DNA of 64,000 bases from an uncultured Pseudomonadales bacterium (GCA_964625685.1 CAZVBO010000002.1:55440-119439), one strand, 5' to 3'. Positions 45,677 through 55,408 are shown, numbered from the stretch's first letter. Translations and numbers: made by a program. Notes: generated by a model not told the origin, from the sequence alone.

Positions 45677-47108
45677 CACCCTGTCCCGCCAAGTTGAAGA
45701 AGTTGAGCCCATTCATTCTGGAAAGATTGGTTTATATGCTTGTGGCTTTACGGTGTATGACTATACCCATCTCGGTCATTTACGAAAATATACCATGGAT
45801 GATGTTTTGATCCGCACGCTGCGCCACGCAGGATTTGAAGTGCGATTTGTTCAGAATATTACCGATGTCGGTCATCTAGCCAGTGATGAAGACACCGGTG
45901 AAGATAAATTGGAAAAAGGCGCCAAAAAATATGGCGAAAGTGTGTGGGATATTGCACATAAATTTGAAGATTATTTTTTCCGATCTATGGATTTAATGGG
46001 AAATGTACGCCCTGATGTCAGTTGCCGTGCAACTGAACACATACCTGAGCAACTGGCTATGGTTTTAGAGCTAGAGAAGAAAGGGTACACCTACGTGATT
46101 GAAGGCGACGGAGTTTATTTTGACACCAGTAAGATAGATGACTATGGGAAACTGGCCCGCTTAGATCTGAAACATCTCAAAGAAGGAGCGAGAGTAGAGG
46201 CAGTTCAAGGGAAACGCAATCCCACTGATTTTGCGCTGTGGAAGTTTGAAAGACCAGGGGAAAATCGAGCCATGAGTTGGCCGAGTCCGTGGGCAGAAAA
46301 AAGTTTCCCTGGTTGGCATATTGAATGTAGTGCCATGAGTACAGAGTATCTGGGAGATCAATTCGATATCCATACCGGAGGAATCGACCATATACCCGTT
46401 CATCACACCAATGAAATTGCCCAAGCCGAAGCGGCTACCGGTAAAAAACCATTTGTTCGCTACTGGGTTCACCACAATTTCCTCCAAGTTGAAGGGGAGA
46501 AAATGAGTAAGTCACTGGGAAATTTTTATACGATTGACGATATTCTAGAAAAAGGTTTTTCTCCTCAAGAATTAAGATTATTGTTCTTGGGGAGTCACTA
46601 TCGAAGTGAACTCAACTTTACGTGGGAGGCATTAGCGGGAGCTCAGAAAGCTTGGGAGAGACTGATCTCGCGAGTTCAATCTTTGTTAACAGAAATGGAT
46701 CAACAGCCCGCTCCAGAAAGTAAAAGATCTGATGTGGCTCAGGGTTTTGCTAGACAATTTTGGTCATTTATGCAAGATGATCTCAAAACGCCTGAAGCCA
46801 TGAGTGTGGTGTGGGAAGTACTCAAAAATGATCAATTGTCTGCAGGTGAAAAAATTGGATTATTATTTGAATTTGATCAGGTATTAGGTTTAAAGCTAAA
46901 TGAAAATCAGCCTGATATAAAAGTGAGTCAAGAAACTTTCCCCGCAACTATTAAACACTTAATTGAGCAGAGAGCTCAAGCCCGAGAAAACAAAGATTGG
47001 CAGCAGGCAGATCAATTACGAGATGAACTGGCTCAGCGAGGCTATGAAGTGATAGATACGGCTGAGGGACAAGAAGTCCAAAAGTTTAAAGACAAAAGAA
47101 TAAAGTAA
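45663..47108 (+). CDS. cysS: Cysteinyl-tRNA synthetase
   Basis: MKLYNTLSRQVEE..., HIGH-type motif YTHLGH, zinc-ligand Cys (YACGFTVYDY) and KMSKS motif KMSKSLGN. The track start at 45642 adds 7 residues; 45663 matches the canonical CysRS N-terminus. Confidence 0.88.
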   Translation: MKLYNTLSRQVEEVEPIHSGKIGLYACGFTVYDYTHLGHLRKYTMDDVLIRTLRHAGFEVRFVQNITDVGHLASDEDTGEDKLEKGAKKYGESVWDIAHKFEDYFFRSMDLMGNVRPDVSCRATEHIPEQLAMVLELEKKGYTYVIEGDGVYFDTSKIDDYGKLARLDLKHLKEGARVEAVQGKRNPTDFALWKFERPGENRAMSWPSPWAEKSFPGWHIECSAMSTEYLGDQFDIHTGGIDHIPVHHTNEIAQAEAATGKKPFVRYWVHHNFLQVEGEKMSKSLGNFYTIDDILEKGFSPQELRLLFLGSHYRSELNFTWEALAGAQKAWERLISRVQSLLTEMDQQPAPESKRSDVAQGFARQFWSFMQDDLKTPEAMSVVWEVLKNDQLSAGEKIGLLFEFDQVLGLKLNENQPDIKVSQETFPATIKHLIEQRAQARENKDWQQADQLRDELAQRGYEVIDTAEGQEVQKFKDKRIK

Positions 47109-47194
47109 AAAATTGAGATTTGACCTTTGAATTTTGTTTGAAATTTGGGTATTGGAGTTGGGACTTTCTGCTTTATTCTTTGCTCTTTTAACTT

Positions 47195-47881
47195 TCAAAT
47201 GAGTCTCCGCTGACTCAGTGACACATATTGCCCCTTAGCAATAATGACATGATCAATCAGTTGGATGCCGAGTAATTTACCCGCTTTTTGAATTTTTTTG
47301 GTAAAAGTAATATCTTCTTCACTCGGTTCTGGATTTCCTGAAGGGTGATTGTGAACCAAAATAATTCCCAAGCAGGGAATCTTTAAAGCATCAGCAAAAA
47401 CATCGCGAGGTTCAATAATAATTTGATTGAGACTTCCAATACTAATTAATTGTTTTTTTAAGAGTTGATGCCGGGCATCCAAGTAGAGACAGTAGAGTTT
47501 TTCCCGATGAGAATCAGTTAAATGGTGAGTTTCTTGAAACACATCTTCTGGAGTTAAAATACTCTTTTGAGTTGAAGGTTGAAAGACCCTTTTACCTAGT
47601 TCAAAAGTAGCTAAAATTTGACCAGCTTTAATGGGGCCAATTCCTTTCAATTTAGTTAAATCTTGAAACGAAGTTCCAGCCAAATCCTTTAAGCTACTAT
47701 AACTCCTGGTCAAACGTTGGGAGAGTTGCAGCACATTTTCTGACTTGGTGCCTGAAGCTAGAATCAACGCCAGTAATTCAGGAGTAGTTAAAGCAGCTAC
47801 TCCATATTCCATCAGTTTTTCTCTTGGTTTTAAAAAATGAGGTAAATGTTTTAAAGAATGATGACTCATATCCATAACCAT
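47195..47881 (-). CDS. radC: RadC-family JAMM-motif protein (DNA repair protein RadC / UPF0758)
   Basis: HhH N-terminus (REKLMEYGVAALTTPELLALIL), JAMM motif HNHPSGNPEPSEED. The track ORF extends to 48007, but the conserved N-terminus begins near the Met at 47881. Confidence 0.75.
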   Translation of the reverse strand: MVMDMSHHSLKHLPHFLKPREKLMEYGVAALTTPELLALILASGTKSENVLQLSQRLTRSYSSLKDLAGTSFQDLTKLKGIGPIKAGQILATFELGKRVFQPSTQKSILTPEDVFQETHHLTDSHREKLYCLYLDARHQLLKKQLISIGSLNQIIIEPRDVFADALKIPCLGIILVHNHPSGNPEPSEEDITFTKKIQKAGKLLGIQLIDHVIIAKGQYVSLSQRRLI

Positions 47882-47978
47882 ATTCCTCAAAAATGACAAA
47901 TCGATGACAAATATATCTTGATCTTCTGTGCTAAACAGAAGATAATAATTTCTTACATAACTAATTATTTTTTGAACT

Positions 47979-49169
47979 ATGAAAAAATTTCTTCTTTTAT
48001 CAGTCATTGTAAGTGGATTTCTCTGGGTTTCTCCTGCCAGCGCTCAAATGATGCAACAAAATCAATTTCAGGCAGCAGATGAGTCTCACATGATGGTGGA
48101 ATCTGAAGGCAGGGTAGAGGGTCCACATTTCCGATTTGATAGTACCGTTGTCATCTCTGAAAATTTAAGTGGTGATGTGTACGCAGCTGGTGAAAAAGTG
48201 GTCATCAATAGTGATATCGATGGTGATCTAATGGTAGCAGGGAAAGATGTCATTATTAATGGAAATGTATCTCAAGATGTTCGTGCTGCTGGGATGAATG
48301 TAACCATTAATGGCGTGGTAGGCGGAAATGTTTCAGTAGCCGGAGCCACTGTTGATTTTGGACCTCAAAGTCAGGTGATGGGCAGTATGATTGGGGGAAT
48401 GCAGAGTGCACAACTGAATGGTCAGGTTCGTGGTAATGTCTATATGGCAGCTGAAGATTACGATGTAAATGGCGAATTTAATCAGGATGTAATGATGCAC
48501 GCTGGTCGCTTGAATTTAATGAAAGGAGCTCATATTAAAGGAAATCTGACGGCGAAGTTGGAAAGTCCTGAAGCTCAAGTGGTCAACGACCAAGCTCAAA
48601 TTGATGGTCAAAAAGATATTCAAACCTATGTTGCCCCAGAAAGAAATCGAGAGCGTGATCGCCAAGCTTCTCAAGCTTGGACCGGAATCAAAACGTCGGG
48701 ACTCGTGATGAGTTTAATTGTTGGATTCATTACGGCAGCAGTCTTGCTCTATCTTTTCCCTCAAGCTTTTCGTTTGCTATCAAGTGAAGTGCAAACCAAT
48801 ACCATGGGAAGTCTCGGCTGGGGTTTTGCTTATACCATCTTGGCTCCTATTGCCATGATTCTATTGGCAGTAACGTTAGTAGGTTTACCATTGGCTGGTT
48901 TATTATTAGTGACTTACATTCTGAGTTGTGTCTTTGCTCATTGGGTAGTTTCACTCGCAGTAGGTCAAGCTATTTTCAAAAAATATAAATTCAGCTGGCT
49001 AAAGAATCAATATGCCCAATTATTTGGTGGTTTATTGGTATTGGGAGTGATTGGATTAATTCCCGTAGTAGGTTGGTGGGTACAGTTAGTGGTGTTCTTT
49101 ATCGGGATGGGAGCCATTTACCTCACCTTCAAGAACTCCATTCGTAAAAAAGGTGTATCTAAAAAATAA
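47979..49169 (+). CDS. Secreted and membrane-anchored beta-helix repeat protein (bactofilin / polymer-forming-cytoskeletal-like repeats)
   Basis: Signal peptide MKKFLLLSVIVSGFLWVSPASA; repeated G-D/N-V...AG..V.ING motifs typical of left-handed beta-helix (CcmA/bactofilin DUF583-like); C-terminal block of 3-4 TM helices. Confidence 0.55.
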   Translation: MKKFLLLSVIVSGFLWVSPASAQMMQQNQFQAADESHMMVESEGRVEGPHFRFDSTVVISENLSGDVYAAGEKVVINSDIDGDLMVAGKDVIINGNVSQDVRAAGMNVTINGVVGGNVSVAGATVDFGPQSQVMGSMIGGMQSAQLNGQVRGNVYMAAEDYDVNGEFNQDVMMHAGRLNLMKGAHIKGNLTAKLESPEAQVVNDQAQIDGQKDIQTYVAPERNRERDRQASQAWTGIKTSGLVMSLIVGFITAAVLLYLFPQAFRLLSSEVQTNTMGSLGWGFAYTILAPIAMILLAVTLVGLPLAGLLLVTYILSCVFAHWVVSLAVGQAIFKKYKFSWLKNQYAQLFGGLLVLGVIGLIPVVGWWVQLVVFFIGMGAIYLTFKNSIRKKGVSKK

Positions 49170-49214
49170 TTAAAACAGAAAGCTCTATGCCGAAATCTAC
49201 TAATCCGAAAAAAA

Positions 49215-49400
49215 TTGTATCGTCCGCTTAAGGGCAGAAAAATTGGGGGAGTCGCACTCGCTTTTGCTAACTACTTTAATATTGATATTATCCTGGTTCG
49301 TCTGATTTGGCTCTTTTTATTAGTTCCAGGTGGTTTACCAGCATTTATCCCGTATTTGATCTGTTGGGTAGTGATTCCTGATGAGAAGGATGTGCGCTAA
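49215..49400 (+). CDS. PspC-domain protein (phage-shock-protein-C-like small membrane protein)
   Basis: GVALAFANYFNIDIILVRLIWLFLL matches the PspC domain core (GVCGGLAxYFGIDxxLVRLxFVLL). Confidence 0.6.
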   Translation: MYRPLKGRKIGGVALAFANYFNIDIILVRLIWLFLLVPGGLPAFIPYLICWVVIPDEKDVR

Positions 49401-49570
49401 GGCGGTATAATACCTCCCATATGTCACTCTCAATAGCAATAGAGGGGTAGCTAATAGACATGGGATTCCCTTCGAGTTTACTATCAAGCTTCCCAAACCA
49501 AGAAAAGCACGAAAGATAACAAAGAGGGACGAATTAGGTCGTATAATATGGACGAAAGCTAAATAGTCGA

Positions 49571-49580
49571 CTTATCTACT
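49571..49580 (+). promoter_or_regulatory. Site 1 of the recurring island 10-mer CTTATCTACT (immediately 5' of the ATG at 49582)
   Basis: Exact 10-mer, also present at 52959-52968 and as its reverse complement at 62163-62172. Confidence 0.4.
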
Positions 49581-49581
49581 T

Positions 49582-50334
49582 ATGAATAGGGAAATAATAA
49601 TAAAAAAAATAAAAGCTGTTGGATTTTTCGATTTTACTAATTGGGTTCAAAATAACAAAGAGCTTACAATCGCTCTAATTATTGTTTTTATAATATTTAT
49701 TGATATTTCTAATCTAGACGCTTCTTTTCACAAGGCTTTTTGTTTATCTCTAACAATATTACCAACATCAGTTGTTTGCCCAGATTTTTATGATATTCCT
49801 ATTTGGTCTTTTTTTGAAGTTGCCGGTGTAATAGCGACTGTTGTTGTTGCACTTTGGTCAGTAAATATTGGATTGAAACAAGCGAATAAGCAAGAAAAAA
49901 GTGCACAGGAAATCAAAATGGACCAGGACATGCCAATTATTTTTTTGAATCCTGAACCACAGCCGAAGTTACACAAAAATGGTGAAGTGTGTCTAGAGCT
50001 TATGAATGTTGGTAAGGGGATTGCCAAAGATGTATATGTATATATTGAAGACATTTTGGTTGAAGGAAATTTTTCAATGCTCACCGCCTCACCTGATAAT
50101 TTATCTGAACTAAAGATAAAATTTATTGCTTCTGATTCTTCACCTGAAAGGCAAAAGGCTATAGCACAAAAAATTCAACATTTTTCAGAAAAAAAGGATT
50201 TGCAAATGAAAATTACCTACTCTGACATTCACGGCCGATCATTTGTTACAGATCAAATAATATTTGAAAAAAACCAAGTTGGCGACTACATGCACAACAG
50301 GGGAAAGTGGTCGTTCCGAAAGGTTCAGTCATGA
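49582..50334 (+). CDS. Hypothetical membrane protein (2 N-terminal TM helices plus soluble domain); first gene of the accessory island operon
   Basis: 250 aa; ATGA overlap with the next gene. Confidence 0.45.
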   Translation: MNREIIIKKIKAVGFFDFTNWVQNNKELTIALIIVFIIFIDISNLDASFHKAFCLSLTILPTSVVCPDFYDIPIWSFFEVAGVIATVVVALWSVNIGLKQANKQEKSAQEIKMDQDMPIIFLNPEPQPKLHKNGEVCLELMNVGKGIAKDVYVYIEDILVEGNFSMLTASPDNLSELKIKFIASDSSPERQKAIAQKIQHFSEKKDLQMKITYSDIHGRSFVTDQIIFEKNQVGDYMHNRGKWSFRKVQS

Positions 50335-51095
50335 ACACCTTCCTCCAATTAGCAAAACATATTCTTGAACAAGTTGGTCAACCTCTTCATTACAAAGAAA
50401 TCACTCAAAAAGCCATAGAGCAGGGCCTTCAAACAGAAGGGGCAACTCCTTGGGCCACCATGAATGCTCAAATCGCCACTGACATCAAAAAGAACGGTGA
50501 AGATTCACTCTTTTATCGAAGTGAGCCAGGTTTTTATGGTCTCAATCAAGAAGGTGTGCCTAAAGTGGCTGTTTCAGAAGTAAAGGCCAAGATTACCGGT
50601 GCCTTGCATAAAGTCACCTCTGACCTCAACACTAAGCAAAAAGGCGATATTGCCGAAGCCAGAGTGGCAGAACTGATTACTTTGTATGGTGATGAGGGTC
50701 TTTCTTGTTACCGTCCAATTAGTGATGACGAAGGCATAGATATTATTGTCAAAAAAAGAGGTGATCTCGATGTAGCTTATGTTCAGGTCAAATCAACCTT
50801 TGGCAATGGCTCTGATCGTTTTGTGTGCAGTGTCAAAGAGGACAAAATCGTCAACAAAAGAAGAATGCTGATGGTCTTTGTGTACTTTGATTTGACTGAC
50901 GGTGATATTCATGAGCATGTTTTTTGTGTGCCAGCATCTGAATTTTTGAAGCTCACTCACAATGAAAATAAAAAGCCAGGTCATCGAGTTTTTACGGTCA
51001 GCCTCAATAGTCCAGACAAATCAAAATATGCCAAGTATTTGATCGAAAAAAGAGAATTGGCTAATAAAATTCTTGAAATAATGAATGAAACATAA
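50331..51095 (+). CDS. HARE-HTH (winged-helix) plus PD-(D/E)xK nuclease, Mrr-like restriction-endonuclease-fold protein
   Basis: The N-terminus MNTFLQLAKHILEQVGQPLHYKEITQKAIEQGL...TPWATMNAQI...LFYRSEPGFYGL follows the HARE-HTH pattern (as in the RpoE-delta N-terminus / Mrr_N). The C-terminus GDIAEARVAELITLYGDEG...SDDEGIDIIVKK...VAYVQVKS has D ... E-x-K/Q-x-K catalytic spacing like Mrr-cat. Confidence 0.6.
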   Translation: MNTFLQLAKHILEQVGQPLHYKEITQKAIEQGLQTEGATPWATMNAQIATDIKKNGEDSLFYRSEPGFYGLNQEGVPKVAVSEVKAKITGALHKVTSDLNTKQKGDIAEARVAELITLYGDEGLSCYRPISDDEGIDIIVKKRGDLDVAYVQVKSTFGNGSDRFVCSVKEDKIVNKRRMLMVFVYFDLTDGDIHEHVFCVPASEFLKLTHNENKKPGHRVFTVSLNSPDKSKYAKYLIEKRELANKILEIMNET

Positions 51096-52608
51096 AGCAC
51101 ACCTAACTGCATCTGATTTATACAACTACATTCAGTGTCCTCATCGTGTATGGCGTGATATATACGGTCCTCAACAAGAAAAACTCAAAGAAACAAATCC
51201 ATTTGTAGAAATGCTCTGGGAAAAGGGTGTTCAGCACGAAAAAGAAGTGTTGGGCAGGATGGGGGAGTTAGTTGATTTGGGAAAAGGGGACCAACAAGAG
51301 CGTATCCAAGCTACCAAAAAGGCGATGGATGATGGCGTGGACTTACTTTATCAGCCAGTAATAGTTCATGAAAATCTTTTAGGTATTCCGGACTTTTTGA
51401 AAAAGTTAGATGACGGCACGTATATGGCCGTTGATGTGAAGAGTGGTAGGGGCTTTGAAGGCACAGATGATGATACTTCTGAAAATGGTCCTAAGCTCAA
51501 AAAACACTACGCTGTTCAGTTGGCTTTATATACAGAAATTTTAGAAAAGAACGGATTTAGCAATGGCCACAGACAGGCAATTATTTATGATATTGAACAC
51601 AAAGAAGTGTTATATGAATTGGACCGCCAAATTGGCGTGCGGGACCAAAGAAGCTATTGGCAATATTACCAGTGGCTCAAAGTTGAAGTTTGGAATTTGA
51701 TCTCAAATCAAAAAAGCAATGACCCTGCAATGGCGGGAATTTGCAAACTTTGTCCGTGGTACAACAGTTGCAGTTCGTGGGTCAAAGCTAACGATGACAC
51801 CACTGGCTTATTCTACGTTGGCAGAAGTGTGAGAGACACTTTGAGAAGTGATATTGGTTTGACAACTATTCACGATGCTCAAAACATTGATGTGAATGAT
51901 CTCATGGCAGAGAAGGCTAAGGACAAGCAGTTTTTACAAAGAATTGGAGAGAAAACACTTGAGAAGATCAAGATTAGAGCTGAGATTATGGCTAATAAAT
52001 TGCCACCAGTTCTTTATGATGAATTAGATCTGCCAGATATGGAATATGAGCTTTTCTTTGATATTGAGGATGATCCAACTCAAGCATTTGTTTATTTGCA
52101 TGGTGTCTACGAAAGAACCTCAAAAGGGGAGCGGTTTATTCCATTTGTGGCTTCAAGCGTGACACCAGAAGCAGAGGCTCAAGCTTGGCAAGAGTTTTGG
52201 AATTATATTCGTTCACTGCCACAGGATGATTTTGCCTTGTATTACTATTCTCACCATGAAGAGACAACTTACAAGAAAATGGCTGATCTCTATCCGCACG
52301 TTGCTACAAGAGAAGATGTTGAGTGGCTATATCAAGATTCAAGAGCGATAGATTTGTACAGGGTCATCAGTAAATCAACTGATTGGCCTGTTGGCAGTTA
52401 TTCTCTCAAGAGTATTGCCAAGTATTTAGGTTTCAGTTGGCGTGACAAGACACCATCAGGGGCACTTTCTATCCAGTGGTATAACGGCTATCTAAAAACA
52501 GGTGATCAGGCTATTTTGGAGCGTATTTTGCTCTATAACGAGGATGATTGTATTGCCACTTTGGTGATCAAAGATGCCTTGATGAAAATGGTCCCAACTA
52601 ATTCTTAG
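51085..52608 (+). CDS. RecB-family / Cas4-like PD-(D/E)xK nuclease with Fe-S cysteine cluster, fused to a C-terminal RNase-H-like (YprB-type) domain (COG2251 / TM0106-like)
   Basis: The N-terminus TASDLYNYIQCPHRVWRD is the Cas4/Dna2-type start and CKLCPWYNSC the Cys cluster. The C-terminal half, with LFFDIEDDP (DnaQ-like motif-I DxE), fits the RNase_H_2 fold. Confidence 0.6.
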   Translation: MKHKAHLTASDLYNYIQCPHRVWRDIYGPQQEKLKETNPFVEMLWEKGVQHEKEVLGRMGELVDLGKGDQQERIQATKKAMDDGVDLLYQPVIVHENLLGIPDFLKKLDDGTYMAVDVKSGRGFEGTDDDTSENGPKLKKHYAVQLALYTEILEKNGFSNGHRQAIIYDIEHKEVLYELDRQIGVRDQRSYWQYYQWLKVEVWNLISNQKSNDPAMAGICKLCPWYNSCSSWVKANDDTTGLFYVGRSVRDTLRSDIGLTTIHDAQNIDVNDLMAEKAKDKQFLQRIGEKTLEKIKIRAEIMANKLPPVLYDELDLPDMEYELFFDIEDDPTQAFVYLHGVYERTSKGERFIPFVASSVTPEAEAQAWQEFWNYIRSLPQDDFALYYYSHHEETTYKKMADLYPHVATREDVEWLYQDSRAIDLYRVISKSTDWPVGSYSLKSIAKYLGFSWRDKTPSGALSIQWYNGYLKTGDQAILERILLYNEDDCIATLVIKDALMKMVPTNS

Positions 52609-52644
52609 CTTGCAACTTTTCTACATTTGTCCCTAATATGAAGC

Positions 52645-52917
52645 ATGAGGTTTTTTGTAAATTCCAAGCTTCTAGGTGATGACCTAAAAATTGAAGAGAT
52701 TGAGTCAGCATCTGCTATTGAGAGCGAAGTAGTTTTTCAGTTTGATGGTAAAAAGATTTTCGGTAGGCTTGATTTTGATCAAAGTTCTTTGCCTAGTTTT
52801 ATTGTATTGAATAGTTGCTCAGGGACTGAAAAATATCCAGTCAATCAGATTGAACAGTTTCAGGTCCTTGATGAAGGAATTGCAGATTACTTTGGTCCAC
52901 CTATCTTTACTCAATAA
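52645..52917 (+). CDS. Small hypothetical protein (90 aa)
   Basis: ORF between the nuclease operon and hsdR; no motif. Confidence 0.35.
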   Translation: MRFFVNSKLLGDDLKIEEIESASAIESEVVFQFDGKKIFGRLDFDQSSLPSFIVLNSCSGTEKYPVNQIEQFQVLDEGIADYFGPPIFTQ

Positions 52918-52954
52918 AAAGAGATCATTTTGTGCTACGGCTAGGACCACATTT

Positions 52955-52968
52955 GGTTTATAATCTAC
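52955..52968 (+). promoter_or_regulatory. Site 2 of the island motif: tandem ATCTACT-T-ATCTACT containing CTTATCTACT, next to a TTATAAT -10-like box upstream of hsdR
   Basis: Read directly: TTTATAATCTACTTATCTACTTTTAG, 44 nt before the hsdR ATG. Confidence 0.4.
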
Positions 52969-53011
52969 TTATCTACTTTTAGTAAGAATTCAGTCGAGAG
53001 AACACTGCCTT

Positions 53012-55408
53012 ATGGACAAATCACAACTATCTGAACGAGACATATGTACCAAATTTATTACGCCAGCAGTACAGCAGGCCGGTTGGGACGTTGATTCACA
53101 AATCCGTGAAGAAGTCAGTTTCACAAAGGGTCGCATCATTGTTAGAGATAAGGTGATTGCCAGAGGTAAACCAAAAAGAGCAGATTACATTCTTTACTAT
53201 AAAGAAAATTTTCCAATTGCCTTGATTGAAGCCAAGGACAACAAGCACTCAGTGGGTGATGGCATGCAACAGGGCCTTGAGTATGCTGAAACCTTGGATA
53301 TTCCTTTTGTGTTTAGCTCAAATGGAGATGCTTTCATAGCTCATGACAGAACTGGTATGTCAGCTGATACGGAAAAGCAGATTCGACTAGATGAATTCCC
53401 AAGCCCTCAAGAGCTGTATCAGCGATACTTGCGTTGGAAAAACATTGATATGGTCGAGGAGCAGATTCTGACCACAGACTACTACTATGACGCTCGTGGC
53501 AAATCACCTCGTTATTATCAACAAATTGCCATCAATAGAACTATTGAAGCAGTGGCCAATGATCAAAAGCGAATCATGTTGGTTATGGCCACCGGTACAG
53601 GGAAAACATACACAGCCTTTCAGATTATGTGGCGTTTGTGGAAGTCAGGGGCCAAAAAGAGAATTTTGTTCTTAGCGGACCGCAACATCCTTATTGATCA
53701 AGCAAAGACCAATGATTTCATTCCATTTGGTGACAAAATGACCAAGATCAGTAATCGCCAGATTGATAAGTCATATGAACTCTACCTTTCCTTGTATCAA
53801 GCTGTGACGGGCAATGAGGAAGAAAAGAACATCTACAAACAATTCAGTCCTGATTTCTTTGATTTGATTATTGTGGATGAGTGTCATCGAGGTAGTGCCA
53901 GAGCAGATTCAGCGTGGAGAGAGATTCTTGAATACTTTGACCATGCTACCCAAATCGGTTTGACTGCCACCCCAAAAGAAACAAAAGATGTCTCAAATAT
54001 TGATTACTTTGGTGAGCCGGTTTACACCTATTCACTCAAGCAAGGTATTGAGGATGGCTTTTTGGCACCTTATAAAGTGGTCCGTTACACCATTGATCGT
54101 GATGTTGAAGGCTACCGTCCAGAGCCTCATAAAAGAGATATTTATGGGGAAGAAGTTCCTGATGAGGTGTATTATGGCCATGATTTTGATCGCAAGCTGA
54201 TTATCGATGACCGAACCAAACTGGTAGCTAAGAAAGTAACTGAATACTTAGAAGCTAATGAAGCATTTGCCAAGACAATCGTGTTCTGTATCGACATCGA
54301 ACATGCCGAAAGAATGAGAAGAGCTTTGATCAATGAAAACCAAGAACGCTACCAAGAGAACTCTAAATACATCATGCGAATTACTGGTGACAATGAGCAG
54401 GGAAAAGCAGAATTAGACGGTTTTATTGATCCTGAGAGCAAATATCCAGTCATTGTGACTACTTCTAAGTTATTGACCACAGGTGTTGATGCTCAAACTT
54501 GTAAGTTAGTGGTCCTTGATGCTCCGATCAAATCAATGACCGAGTTCAAACAAATTGTAGGACGTGGTACGAGACTTCGTGAGGATCATGACAAGTTCTA
54601 CTTCACAATTATGGATTTCCGTAATGCTACGGATAACTTTGCAGATCCTGATTTTGATGGCGAGCCAGTGCAAATTTATGAACCAGTTTTGCCAGCAAAA
54701 ATTGAAGGGGTCCAACCCGTCAAAACACAGTCTGTTTCAACCGATGAACTAGATATTTCAGAAGTTTTGTATGATCCACAGCGTGTTGATGCCATGACAC
54801 TGAGAGATTCAGCCGGTGAAGTGGGGTATCGAACTGGTGGAGTTCACAAATACCACCTCAATGATGTAGAAGTGATGGTCTCAAGTGAGAAAATTCAATT
54901 TTATGATGAGGGTGGCAAACTTGTTTCAGAGTCACTGGAAGAGTATTCAGCCAAAAACTTGAAGAGGCTCTATCCTGAGCTAGCCGATTTCCAACGAGCT
55001 TGGGCGGAAGCTGAAAACAAAACGGTCTTGATTCACAGTTTAGTTGAGAATGGCTTTTTTATTGATGAGCTTCTAGAAAAAGTTGATCCCGCATTAGATA
55101 TTTTTGATTTGGTTCTGAGCGTTGCGTATAAGCAAGAAGCAAGCATGACTCGGTCCCAAAGAGCTCAGCAAGTACGAGGAAGTGAATTTTTCAATCAATA
55201 TCAAGATACACAAAAAGAGCTATTGCTTGATCTTTTGAGTGTGTATGAACAAGAAGGTATTGTGGCAATTGAGGACGTTGAATTGCTTAGGGTTGAACCA
55301 TTCACCAAGTATGGATCACCGGTTGAGATACTTGGGACCATTTTTTCTGGAAGAAATGAATATTTATTAGCATTAGCAGATATGAAGAAGCACTTATACA
55401 AAGGTTAG
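53012..55408 (+). CDS. hsdR: Type I restriction enzyme R subunit (endonuclease / SF2 translocase), compact form
   Basis: N-terminal HsdR nuclease domain (SERDICTKFITPAVQQAGW..., PD-(D/E)xK: ADYILY...IALIEAKD); helicase motifs I MATGTGKTYTAF, II VDECHRGS, later motifs (TATP, QIVGRGTRL). 798 aa, so it lacks a long C-terminal helical domain. Confidence 0.88.
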   Translation: MDKSQLSERDICTKFITPAVQQAGWDVDSQIREEVSFTKGRIIVRDKVIARGKPKRADYILYYKENFPIALIEAKDNKHSVGDGMQQGLEYAETLDIPFVFSSNGDAFIAHDRTGMSADTEKQIRLDEFPSPQELYQRYLRWKNIDMVEEQILTTDYYYDARGKSPRYYQQIAINRTIEAVANDQKRIMLVMATGTGKTYTAFQIMWRLWKSGAKKRILFLADRNILIDQAKTNDFIPFGDKMTKISNRQIDKSYELYLSLYQAVTGNEEEKNIYKQFSPDFFDLIIVDECHRGSARADSAWREILEYFDHATQIGLTATPKETKDVSNIDYFGEPVYTYSLKQGIEDGFLAPYKVVRYTIDRDVEGYRPEPHKRDIYGEEVPDEVYYGHDFDRKLIIDDRTKLVAKKVTEYLEANEAFAKTIVFCIDIEHAERMRRALINENQERYQENSKYIMRITGDNEQGKAELDGFIDPESKYPVIVTTSKLLTTGVDAQTCKLVVLDAPIKSMTEFKQIVGRGTRLREDHDKFYFTIMDFRNATDNFADPDFDGEPVQIYEPVLPAKIEGVQPVKTQSVSTDELDISEVLYDPQRVDAMTLRDSAGEVGYRTGGVHKYHLNDVEVMVSSEKIQFYDEGGKLVSESLEEYSAKNLKRLYPELADFQRAWAEAENKTVLIHSLVENGFFIDELLEKVDPALDIFDLVLSVAYKQEASMTRSQRAQQVRGSEFFNQYQDTQKELLLDLLSVYEQEGIVAIEDVELLRVEPFTKYGSPVEILGTIFSGRNEYLLALADMKKHLYKG

